This document shows, piece by piece, positions 8,306 through 14,115 of a stretch of DNA of 14,115 bases (its first letter is position 1; every line of letters begins with the position of its first letter). A program made the position numbers and the translations under genes. The DNA is from Pseudomonadota bacterium (GTDB taxonomy: Bacteria > Bdellovibrionota_G > JALEGL01 > DATDPG01): the NCBI GenBank assembly GCA_043809315.1, contig JAZDDX010000003.1, forward strand, positions 1-14,115. Direction: 5' to 3'. Below the pieces are notes generated by a model, which worked only from the letters and a program-made list of their open reading frames with translations, ran no database searches and was not told where the DNA came from.

Positions 8306-9152
8306 CAGATTGACGGCCCTCACCGTCCGCGACGGACTAGATCTCTATTTTCGAGAGCTCCACAAGGTTTCCGTTTTGTCGCGAGCCGAAGAACGACGTC
8401 TCGCCGATCGTTGGTATGAAACCAGGGACCGCGAGGCAGGTCGGGTGCTTGTTCTCTCGAACCTTCGCTTTGTCGCGAAGATCGCACAGGAATATGCGCG
8501 GTACGGACTCCGTTTGGCCGACCTGATCCAGGAAGGAAATCTGGGATTGTTGCATGCGGTCGACCGGTTCGATCCGCGCAAAGGGTATCGTCTGATCACG
8601 TACGCGGTCTGGTGGATTCGCGCTTACATCCAAGCGTTTATCTTACGATCATGGAGCATCGTCCGGACCGGGACGACGAGGATCCAACGGCGGATCTTCA
8701 GCGGGCTTCAGAGGGCCCGGCAGAAGATCGCGGCGATGACCGGTGCGTCGGAGGCGCCGACGAACCGTCAGCTGGCCGATGTGTTGAGTGTTTCAGAGGA
8801 CGATCTCAAGGACACGGTGTCAAGGATGCAGCAGCGGGACGTCTCGATCGATCAGCCGGTCACGTTGGACGGAGACCGGGTTTTCGGCGACACGTTGGCG
8901 GACGAAACACCGAACGCCGAAGCACGTCTCATCGCCAGCGACCTTCAGATGAAGGTTCGGGAGAAGATGGACGAGGTGTACGAGGATCTCTCGCCGCGCG
9001 AACGATATCTGGTCGAGCATCGGTTGCTGGCCGAGACGCCGATTACGCTTGAGACGGTCGGCCGCCAGTTCGGTGTGACGCGAGAACGGGTTCGTCAGCT
9101 TGAAAGCCGCCTCAAAGGGAAGCTCCGTCTGGCTTTCGCTCCAGTCGCCTAA
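8289..9152 (+). CDS. rpoH: RNA polymerase sigma factor, RpoH/sigma-32 family
   Basis: Region 2 DLIQEGNLGL..AVDRFDP.KGYRL.TYAVWWIRAYI, followed by RpoH-typical ILRSWSIV..GTT..QRRIF (degenerate RpoH box). Region 4 TLETVGRQFGVTRERVRQLE. No region 1.1. Confidence 0.85.
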   Translation: MSVTANRLTALTVRDGLDLYFRELHKVSVLSRAEERRLADRWYETRDREAGRVLVLSNLRFVAKIAQEYARYGLRLADLIQEGNLGLLHAVDRFDPRKGYRLITYAVWWIRAYIQAFILRSWSIVRTGTTRIQRRIFSGLQRARQKIAAMTGASEAPTNRQLADVLSVSEDDLKDTVSRMQQRDVSIDQPVTLDGDRVFGDTLADETPNAEARLIASDLQMKVREKMDEVYEDLSPRERYLVEHRLLAETPITLETVGRQFGVTRERVRQLESRLKGKLRLAFAPVA

Positions 9153-10699
9153 CAGTTTTTCTCTGAAACCACCTTGGCTTGGGTGAACAAAAGCAGATAG
9201 TCGCGCCCCCCTGCCTTCGAGTCGGTGCCGGACATGTTGAACCCTCCGAACGGATGCGCCCCGACCAACGCCCCGGTGCATTTCCGGTTCAGATAGAGAT
9301 TTCCGACGAAGAACTCCCGCCGCGCCTTCTCTAAGTTGGCGCGCGATCCGCTGTAGACCGCCCCGGTCAACCCGTACTCGGTGTTGTTTGCAACCCGGAT
9401 CGCCTCGTCGAAATCCTTCACCTTCGTGACGGCGAGAACCGGTCCGAAGATCTCCTCCAGCGAGAGACGGGCTTCCGGCTTGATGTCGGTAAAGACGGTC
9501 GGAGCGATGAAGTAGCCGTCGCCGTGAACGGTCCGGCCGCCGGTCAAGAGTTTCCCTTCTTCCTTTCCGATCTCGATGTACTCGAGAATCTTCTTGTACG
9601 CCGATTCGCTGACGACCGGCCCCATGTTCACGTCGGGATCGGTCGGGTCTCCGACTTTAATCTTCTCGGTCCGCTCGCGGATTTTCTCGACCAACCGATC
9701 GTAGATCTCTTCGTGGATGATGGCGCGGGAGCATGCGGAACATTTCTGCCCCTGGTACCCGAACGCCGCGGCGACGATTCCGGTCGCTGCGTCATCGAGC
9801 GGGGCGTCGCGGTCGACGACGATCGCGTCTTTCCCCCCCATCTCGGCGACGACCCGCTTGATCCATTTCTGGCCCGGTTCCGCCTTGGCGGCGAAGTGGT
9901 TGATCCGGAGGCCGACTTCTTTCGAGCCGGTGAAGGAGATGAACCGGATCTTCGGGTGCGCGATCAGGTGATCCCCGATCTGCGCCCCTTTTCCGGTCAC
10001 GAAGTTCAGGACGCCGTCCGGGAGACCGAGCTCCTTCATCAGCGCCGCTAACTGATATGCGATCCCCGGTGAATCACTCGATGGTTTCAAGATCACGCAG
10101 TTCCCGGAGACGATGGCTGCCGTCGTCATCCCGACGCAGATCGCGAGGGGAAAGTTCCACGGGGGGATGACGGCGCCGACGCCGAGAGGGATGTAATAAA
10201 GATGGTTGGTTTCGCCTGCCACCGGCGTAAGCGGCTGCGGCCCCCCCAGGCGGAGCATCTCGCGGGCGTAAAACTCCATGAAGTCGATCGCCTCGGCGGT
10301 GTCGGCGTCTGCCTCGACCCAGTTCTTGCCGGTCTCGAAGATCATCCAGGCGGAGAACTCGTGCTTTCGCTCCCGCATTTTGGCGGCGGCACGGAAGAGA
10401 AAATCTGCCCGCTTTTCGGGGGCGGTACGCGACCAGGTCTCGAACGCGTTCCATGCGGTTTCGATCGCCTGGTCGAGGTGAGCCGTCGTCCCTTTCTGGA
10501 AACGGCCGATTACCTGAGAAGTCTTGGCGGGGTTGATCGAAGGGAAGGTTTCAAGGTCGGAAATCTCCTTGCCGCCGACGACGAGCGGGTAGGTCTTCCC
10601 GAGGAGGGCGCGGACCTTCTCGATCGCGCGCTGCATCCCTTTCCGGTTCTCGGGTTTGGTGAAATCGGTCAACGGTTCGTTTCGGAATTCGGTTGGCAT
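9149..10699 (-). CDS. pruA: L-glutamate gamma-semialdehyde (1-pyrroline-5-carboxylate) dehydrogenase
   Basis: Motifs FRNEP..DF, EADADTAEAIDF, IPPWNFP, FTGS, AEMGGKD, GQKCSACSR, EEIFGP, GNLYLNRKCTGALVG.HPFGGFNMSGTDSKAGG (RocA/PruA type). ATG at 10699. Confidence 0.93.
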   Translation of the reverse strand: MPTEFRNEPLTDFTKPENRKGMQRAIEKVRALLGKTYPLVVGGKEISDLETFPSINPAKTSQVIGRFQKGTTAHLDQAIETAWNAFETWSRTAPEKRADFLFRAAAKMRERKHEFSAWMIFETGKNWVEADADTAEAIDFMEFYAREMLRLGGPQPLTPVAGETNHLYYIPLGVGAVIPPWNFPLAICVGMTTAAIVSGNCVILKPSSDSPGIAYQLAALMKELGLPDGVLNFVTGKGAQIGDHLIAHPKIRFISFTGSKEVGLRINHFAAKAEPGQKWIKRVVAEMGGKDAIVVDRDAPLDDAATGIVAAAFGYQGQKCSACSRAIIHEEIYDRLVEKIRERTEKIKVGDPTDPDVNMGPVVSESAYKKILEYIEIGKEEGKLLTGGRTVHGDGYFIAPTVFTDIKPEARLSLEEIFGPVLAVTKVKDFDEAIRVANNTEYGLTGAVYSGSRANLEKARREFFVGNLYLNRKCTGALVGAHPFGGFNMSGTDSKAGGRDYLLLFTQAKVVSEKNC

Positions 10700-10707
10700 G
10701 GCGCGGG

Positions 10708-10735
10708 AGTATAACAACGGGGAAGGACGCCGCAA
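10708..10735 (-). promoter_or_regulatory. Putative extended -10 sigma70 promoter of pruA
   Basis: Minus strand TTGCGG-N16-TATACT with TGn extension, 8 nt before the ATG. Confidence 0.55.
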
Positions 10736-10745
10736 CTCGCGCGGT

Positions 10746-10780
10746 TTGATTTTACCCCCGGGTTCCTCTACCCTCCGGCC
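10746..10780 (+). promoter_or_regulatory. Putative tRNA promoter
   Basis: TTGATT(10746-10751)-N17-TACCCT(10769-10774), followed by GC-rich discriminator CCGGCC. Confidence 0.5.
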
Positions 10781-10793
10781 CTCGTCGAACTGC

Positions 10794-10869
10794 AGGGGCG
10801 TAGCTCAATTGGCAGAGCACCGGTCTCCAAAACCGGGGGTTGCAGGTTCGATTCCTGTCGCCCCTGCCA
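10794..10869 (+). tRNA. tRNA-Trp(CCA)
   Basis: 76 nt cloverleaf: acceptor stem AGGGGCG/CGCCCCT, D arm GCTC..GAGC, anticodon arm CCGGT-CTCCAAA-ACCGG (anticodon 10827-10829), T arm GCAGG-TTCGATT-CCTGT, encoded CCA end. Confidence 0.97.
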
Positions 10870-11998
10870 GCAAATTCAAATCATTTCCCGGTGTTGGAAG
10901 ATTTTCGAAAATCGGTGAAGTAGCTCCGGACCTTGTTTGTGCCCAATTTGTGCCTACCGCCAACATTCCCTGCGTCTTCTGATCGGGGCCGAAGGCACGG
11001 TCAAGAGCCTTCGCAGCGTTCAAAGTATGAGCCGGTGAGAGGTGCGCATATCGTAGGGTCATCTCGATGGTCTTATGCCCTAAAATCTCTTTTACCGTGG
11101 CCAGATCTACGCCTGCCATAACGAGATAAGACGCGGCGGTATGGCGAAGGTCGTGGAAACGGAAATTATCGACGCCAGCGGACTTACAGGCCCGCAGAAA
11201 CGCATGGTGGATGTCTTGCCAGCGACCCGCTGTAATTGGATTGAAAAAGACATATGGAACGTCGAGGCGGCGAATCTTGCTGACCTCGCGGAGGAGTGCG
11301 GTGGCCGTGTCGTTAATAGGAACAGCTCTCCGTTCGTTGTTCTTGGTGTCTTCAAGAATTACTGAACGATTTTGAAAGGAGACCTGCGACCATTTGAGGT
11401 CCAAGATTTCCGACTTTCTCATCCCGGTATGGGCTGCAAAGATCACAATTGGCTTTATGTACCAGGGGAGAGCAGCAAAAAGCCGCTCCCGTTCGTCTGC
11501 CGTAAGGTAGCGGACACGCCCTTTTGGCTCCCTGAGCATCTCAATTCGTTTGACTGGGTTTTCATGCGCCCAGCCCCACTTAATAGCGATAGAGAAGCAG
11601 TGTTTTAGAAGGGACAGCTCACGATTAATTGTGCCGTTGGCGCGTCCATCGTCCCGTCTCTTCCCAACATATTTTTGGATTAGCTCAGGCGTAATCGCCT
11701 TGAGAAGGCTGTCACCGAAGAATGGAATCAGGTGCTTCGCGCTAGTTACGTGACGTTCTTGCGAGCGGGGCTTGTGGTGCGTCTCGGAATACTCGTTGAT
11801 GTAGATGGAAAAATACTGAGTGAACGAAAGCCGGTTCGCTTTTCGGACCTCGAAATAACGCCCCTCCCGGACCTCAGCCAATCGCTTCCCGAGGTAAAGT
11901 TCCGCATCACGTCGGCCTGGGCCGATCAGCGCGCGAATACGCCGACCGTTGGCGTAGTAATCGACGAAATAATTCTTACCTCGTTTACGGACGCCCAT
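10805..11998 (-). CDS. int: Tyrosine recombinase / phage-type integrase
   Basis: Arm-binding-like N-terminus (MGVRKRGKNYFVDYYANGRRIR), SAM-like core-binding region, and catalytic residues TGMRKSE (R), TKN (K), HDLRH, LGH, RYAH (Y). ATG 11998 preferred; GTG 12037 possible. The stop lies inside the tRNA gene on the antisense strand. Confidence 0.93.
   Translation of the reverse strand: MGVRKRGKNYFVDYYANGRRIRALIGPGRRDAELYLGKRLAEVREGRYFEVRKANRLSFTQYFSIYINEYSETHHKPRSQERHVTSAKHLIPFFGDSLLKAITPELIQKYVGKRRDDGRANGTINRELSLLKHCFSIAIKWGWAHENPVKRIEMLREPKGRVRYLTADERERLFAALPWYIKPIVIFAAHTGMRKSEILDLKWSQVSFQNRSVILEDTKNNERRAVPINDTATALLREVSKIRRLDVPYVFFNPITAGRWQDIHHAFLRACKSAGVDNFRFHDLRHTAASYLVMAGVDLATVKEILGHKTIEMTLRYAHLSPAHTLNAAKALDRAFGPDQKTQGMLAVGTNWAQTRSGATSPIFENLPTPGNDLNLLAGATGIEPATPGFGDRCSAN
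10936..10954. repeat. Direct repeat, putative integrase arm-type binding sites
   Basis: TTTGTGCC at 10936-10943 and 10947-10954 (11-bp period), about 70 bp from the tRNA end. Confidence 0.6.
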
Positions 11999-12072
11999 TC
12001 GTTGCCCTAACCTTATCCGTTTTTGGAGCGAAGCCACACCCCTTCGAAACGGACGATAAAGACAGGCTCCTG

Positions 12073-13050
12073 CTACCCACAGTTCTTGTCCCGGTCAGAA
12101 TATTCAATCTCTGTCGAAAGCTCTGACAGCCAAAGAGTTCTTGGATCAAAGAGAAGGCGGATACCCCCGCCCAGCGAGCCTGAGAAGTGATGGGAGCGAA
12201 TCTTTAAGAAATACAGAAAGGTTTCGGGCTTTGTCCGGTCAGGTCGAAACAGCGAAAGTACGTTGGAAGCCTCCTGGGAGATCGCCGAGGACCCTTTCAA
12301 ATCATCCAACCCCAACGGGCGGCGCTTCTCATCCGGCGAACCTTTTCTTGGGTGAACAATCAGGAGGATCGTTGCCCCGGTCTGATTCGCGACCAGCGCC
12401 AAGTCTCGCATCGTGTTTTCAACTGCAACGGTCTGGTTTTCGGATCGTTCTTCGTGAACCAGATATGCCAGGTGGTCGATAACGATAAGGCGTGTTTTCT
12501 TTTCGCAGACCGCGTACCAAATGGCCTTCAGTAGCCGATCTATTTTGAGTCGGCCGTAATGGTCGAAGAACCAGAAATTCAGGTGATCGAAAACCTCTCG
12601 TGTGGCTTGCAGATCAATGAAATTAGTCCCTCTGTCGAACTCCCGAACGGGTTTTCTTTGGATGAGTTGTGCAAGCTTCTCGGCAGTCGCTTGCTTCGAC
12701 ATCTCCAACGAAACATAGAAAACCCCGTTGATGCCCGGTCGGGCGTAGTCCGCAGCCCAGTTCAAGGCAAAGTTTGTCTTTCCCGTCCCCGTCTCGGCCG
12801 TGATCACAGTTACTTCTCCGGGTCGAAGTCCTCCGAAGGCTCTTCCAAACACTGGCCAGCATTTGGTGGCGTAGCCGAAGATGGTCTCGGGATCGGCGGT
12901 CCTCGCATTTATGACGTGATCGAATAGCTCCCGGATATGAACCACAGAATTCGAAATGTCGCCGACGGCAATAGGGCTTGTTTCATAAGGAGGCTTCCAC
13001 CTGTCTACCTCTTCTTGGGTTATGCTTCTCGGGGTCAAAGTCGGGGCCAT
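12073..13050 (-). CDS. SF4 (DnaB / T7 gp4 / Twinkle-like) replicative helicase, RecA-type domain only
   Basis: H1 GLRPGEVTVITAETGTGKT, H1a VSLEMS, H2 LIVIDHL, H3 LIVHPRK, H4 LDDLKGSSAISQEASNVL, and KIR arginine finger. AGGA upstream of the ATG. Confidence 0.88.
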   Translation of the reverse strand: MAPTLTPRSITQEEVDRWKPPYETSPIAVGDISNSVVHIRELFDHVINARTADPETIFGYATKCWPVFGRAFGGLRPGEVTVITAETGTGKTNFALNWAADYARPGINGVFYVSLEMSKQATAEKLAQLIQRKPVREFDRGTNFIDLQATREVFDHLNFWFFDHYGRLKIDRLLKAIWYAVCEKKTRLIVIDHLAYLVHEERSENQTVAVENTMRDLALVANQTGATILLIVHPRKGSPDEKRRPLGLDDLKGSSAISQEASNVLSLFRPDRTKPETFLYFLKIRSHHFSGSLGGGIRLLFDPRTLWLSELSTEIEYSDRDKNCG

Positions 13051-13475
13051 TCGGAAATTCCTGAAACGTGCGCGTTGTTGTTCTTTCTTTCTAGTTTGTT
13101 CCCAGGTTGCGTCTCGGGTTTCGTCCCATCTTGCGTCTCAAGACACGTAGCATCTTTGATCGCCTCTTTGTCGTAAGTGGTTAATGCCACAATGGTTATT
13201 ATGGTTCCAAGGCGTCCCGGTTCTCGTCTCAATTTTCCTTCCTGCTCGTACCGTTTTACGTATCGCCATAGAGTGGAATGAGAAATGCCTAACCTCTTCT
13301 CAGCTCGGCGACTTCCGAAAAGGACTTGGCCGCGGCGTAGGACGTTGCCATAGATGGTCCGCGTTTCCTGGTTCACGTGTCGCAAAAGATCCAGCAGAAG
13401 TTTGCCGCCCTTTGGGTCAAGAATTGATCCATCGGTGATCCAAGAGAGAGGCAGTTTTATCCACGGCTCGGGCAT
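13035..13475 (-). CDS. Putative phage-type replication initiator (N-terminal winged-helix domain)
   Basis: Pattern WIKL...LLLDLL..VN...G..L.RGQ......LGIS..TL.R.....EQEG.L.....GTIITIV resembles phage replication initiator N-domains. It is followed by a repeat-coded linker and lies directly upstream of the helicase. Confidence 0.7.
   Translation of the reverse strand: MPEPWIKLPLSWITDGSILDPKGGKLLLDLLRHVNQETRTIYGNVLRRGQVLFGSRRAEKRLGISHSTLWRYVKRYEQEGKLRREPGRLGTIITIVALTTYDKEAIKDATCLETQDGTKPETQPGNKLERKNNNAHVSGISEWPRL
13095..13142. repeat. Four degenerate 12-bp tandem units (iteron-like)
   Basis: TTTGTTCCCAGG / TTGCGTCTCGGG / TTTCGTCCCATC / TTGCGTCTCAAG. TTGCGTCTC occurs exactly at 13107 and 13131. 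Confidence 0.6.
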
Positions 13476-13487
13476 GAGTCGTGCGTC

Positions 13488-13676
13488 TTACGATTGCTGA
13501 ACAACGCGAACAGTCTTGGATTCGATGAACTTCAAGAGGTCATCGTCCCGAAACAACACCCTGCGCCCTAATCGGACAAAGGGAATCCGTGGCGGTGTTA
13601 TCCTGGTCCATCCGCGCAGAGTGCTTACAGAAAGCTTCAGTTTTTCTGAGGCTGTGAAAATGTCGATTAGATCCAT
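13488..13676 (-). CDS. Excisionase/AlpA-like helix-turn-helix protein
   Basis: 62 aa MDLIDIFTASEKLKLSVSTLRGW...IPFVRLGRRVLFRDDDLLKFIE, an HTH_17/Xis-type pattern. AGGGGGT ribosome-binding site before ATG 13676. Confidence 0.82.
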   Translation of the reverse strand: MDLIDIFTASEKLKLSVSTLRGWTRITPPRIPFVRLGRRVLFRDDDLLKFIESKTVRVVQQS

Positions 13677-13906
13677 TCTGGGACCCCCTGATCTGAGTTG
13701 GTTTGACGAGACAAGAGAATTGTTCGGATGAAGTTCAACGACCGGCGACCCCAAAGGAAGTCACCGGAGGCGTCCCTTGTGAGACCGGGGATGCCATGCT
13801 CACGATGAACTCCATAGAGCCACGATGGCGGGACGCAAAAGAGTTGGCTTACCTCGCGGGTTTTGAGTTTCTTTCTGACTTTCGATGGCAATTGAACTGT
13901 GTTCAT
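13667..13906 (-). CDS. Small MerR-like/Xis-like winged-HTH DNA-binding protein
   Basis: LKTREVSQLFCVPPSWL.......IP...RDASGDFLW....L..IR resembles a MerR-type wHTH. Overlaps the next gene by 10 bp. Start is ATG 13906 or TTG 13942. Confidence 0.6.
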   Translation of the reverse strand: MNTVQLPSKVRKKLKTREVSQLFCVPPSWLYGVHREHGIPGLTRDASGDFLWGRRSLNFIRTILLSRQTNSDQGVPEWI

Positions 13907-13953
13907 GCTCCTAGCATCACAAAAACACTCCCTTTCCTTCAAACCCGATGGAG

Positions 13954-14058
13954 GTTTTTCGGGAACAAAACGTCGGGGGCTCCTGTGGTAGCCATGGAAG
14001 AGGACTTGGTTAGGGTCCTGTCACGCGTGCTTTAGCAGGAAAGCGAGTTTTTCGGGAA
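13954..14058. repeat. 12-bp exact direct repeat GTTTTTCGGGAA
   Basis: Copies at 13954-13965 and 14047-14058. Confidence 0.6.
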
Positions 14059-14115
14059 ATGCTCCCGCAATATTTGCGATATGTTGTTGCTGAGTTTCTT
14101 TCGGTCCGTGGATTG
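14032..14115 (-). CDS. Possible 3' end of an upstream element gene (partial)
   Basis: Open frame from the window edge, QSTDRKKLSNNISQILREHFPKNSLSC*; too short to assign. Confidence 0.25.
   Translation of the reverse strand, partial: QSTDRKKLSNNISQILREHFPKNSLSC

Larger units (their letters stand above)
10870..14115. mobile_element. Left end of a tRNA-Trp-integrated element (prophage, satellite or integrative replicon); continues beyond the window
   Basis: Integrase abuts the tRNA 3' end; Xis-like, initiator and helicase genes follow; GC content and codon style visibly differ from the upstream core genes. The crossover point is probably inside the tRNA; the second att site is not in the window. 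Confidence 0.88.

Noticed and set aside
477-10714. Many long alternative-frame and antisense ORFs (e.g. 477-1253 +, 2504-3436 +, 2832-3971 +, 5497-6324 +, 6655-7359 -, 7447-8079 -)
   Set aside because: These are shadows of well-supported genes in high-GC DNA and show no recognisable motifs.
10656-10982. 108-aa plus-strand ORF over the tRNA
   Set aside because: It is a translation of the promoter region and tRNA (GVAQLAEHRSPKPGVAGSIP), a typical spurious ORF.
13095-13142. Repeats considered as a CRISPR or other spacer array
   Set aside because: They are short degenerate tandem units without spacers inside a CDS. No CRISPR array, cas, reverse transcriptase or defence gene is seen anywhere in the window.
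13703-14035. 110-aa plus-strand ORF as a divergent repressor
   Set aside because: No HTH pattern is recognised, and it overlaps the better-supported minus-strand HTH gene.

Overview
Bacterial chromosomal window with two parts. Positions 1-10870 are GC-rich core genome; the gene set is compatible with a deltaproteobacterium-like host (inference only). They hold a non-coding left end with a DnaA-box pair and a possibly structured leader, a minus-strand run ftsH - cupin - queG - korA - korB, a divergent lipoprotein DegP/Do protease gene followed by an RpoH-type sigma factor whose start codon lies inside a CIRCE (HrcA) operator, a convergent pruA, and tRNA-Trp(CCA). Positions ~10870-14115 are the left end of a visibly lower-GC integrative element inserted at tRNA-Trp. 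It carries one co-oriented cassette: MerR-like HTH, Xis-like HTH, phage-type replication initiator with iteron-like repeats, stand-alone SF4 helicase and tyrosine integrase. The most unusual feature is that the integrase frame has no stop of its own inside the element. It reads across the att region and terminates antisense within the host tRNA, so its C-terminus should differ between integrated and excised states. All calls come from motif recognition by eye; no searches were run.
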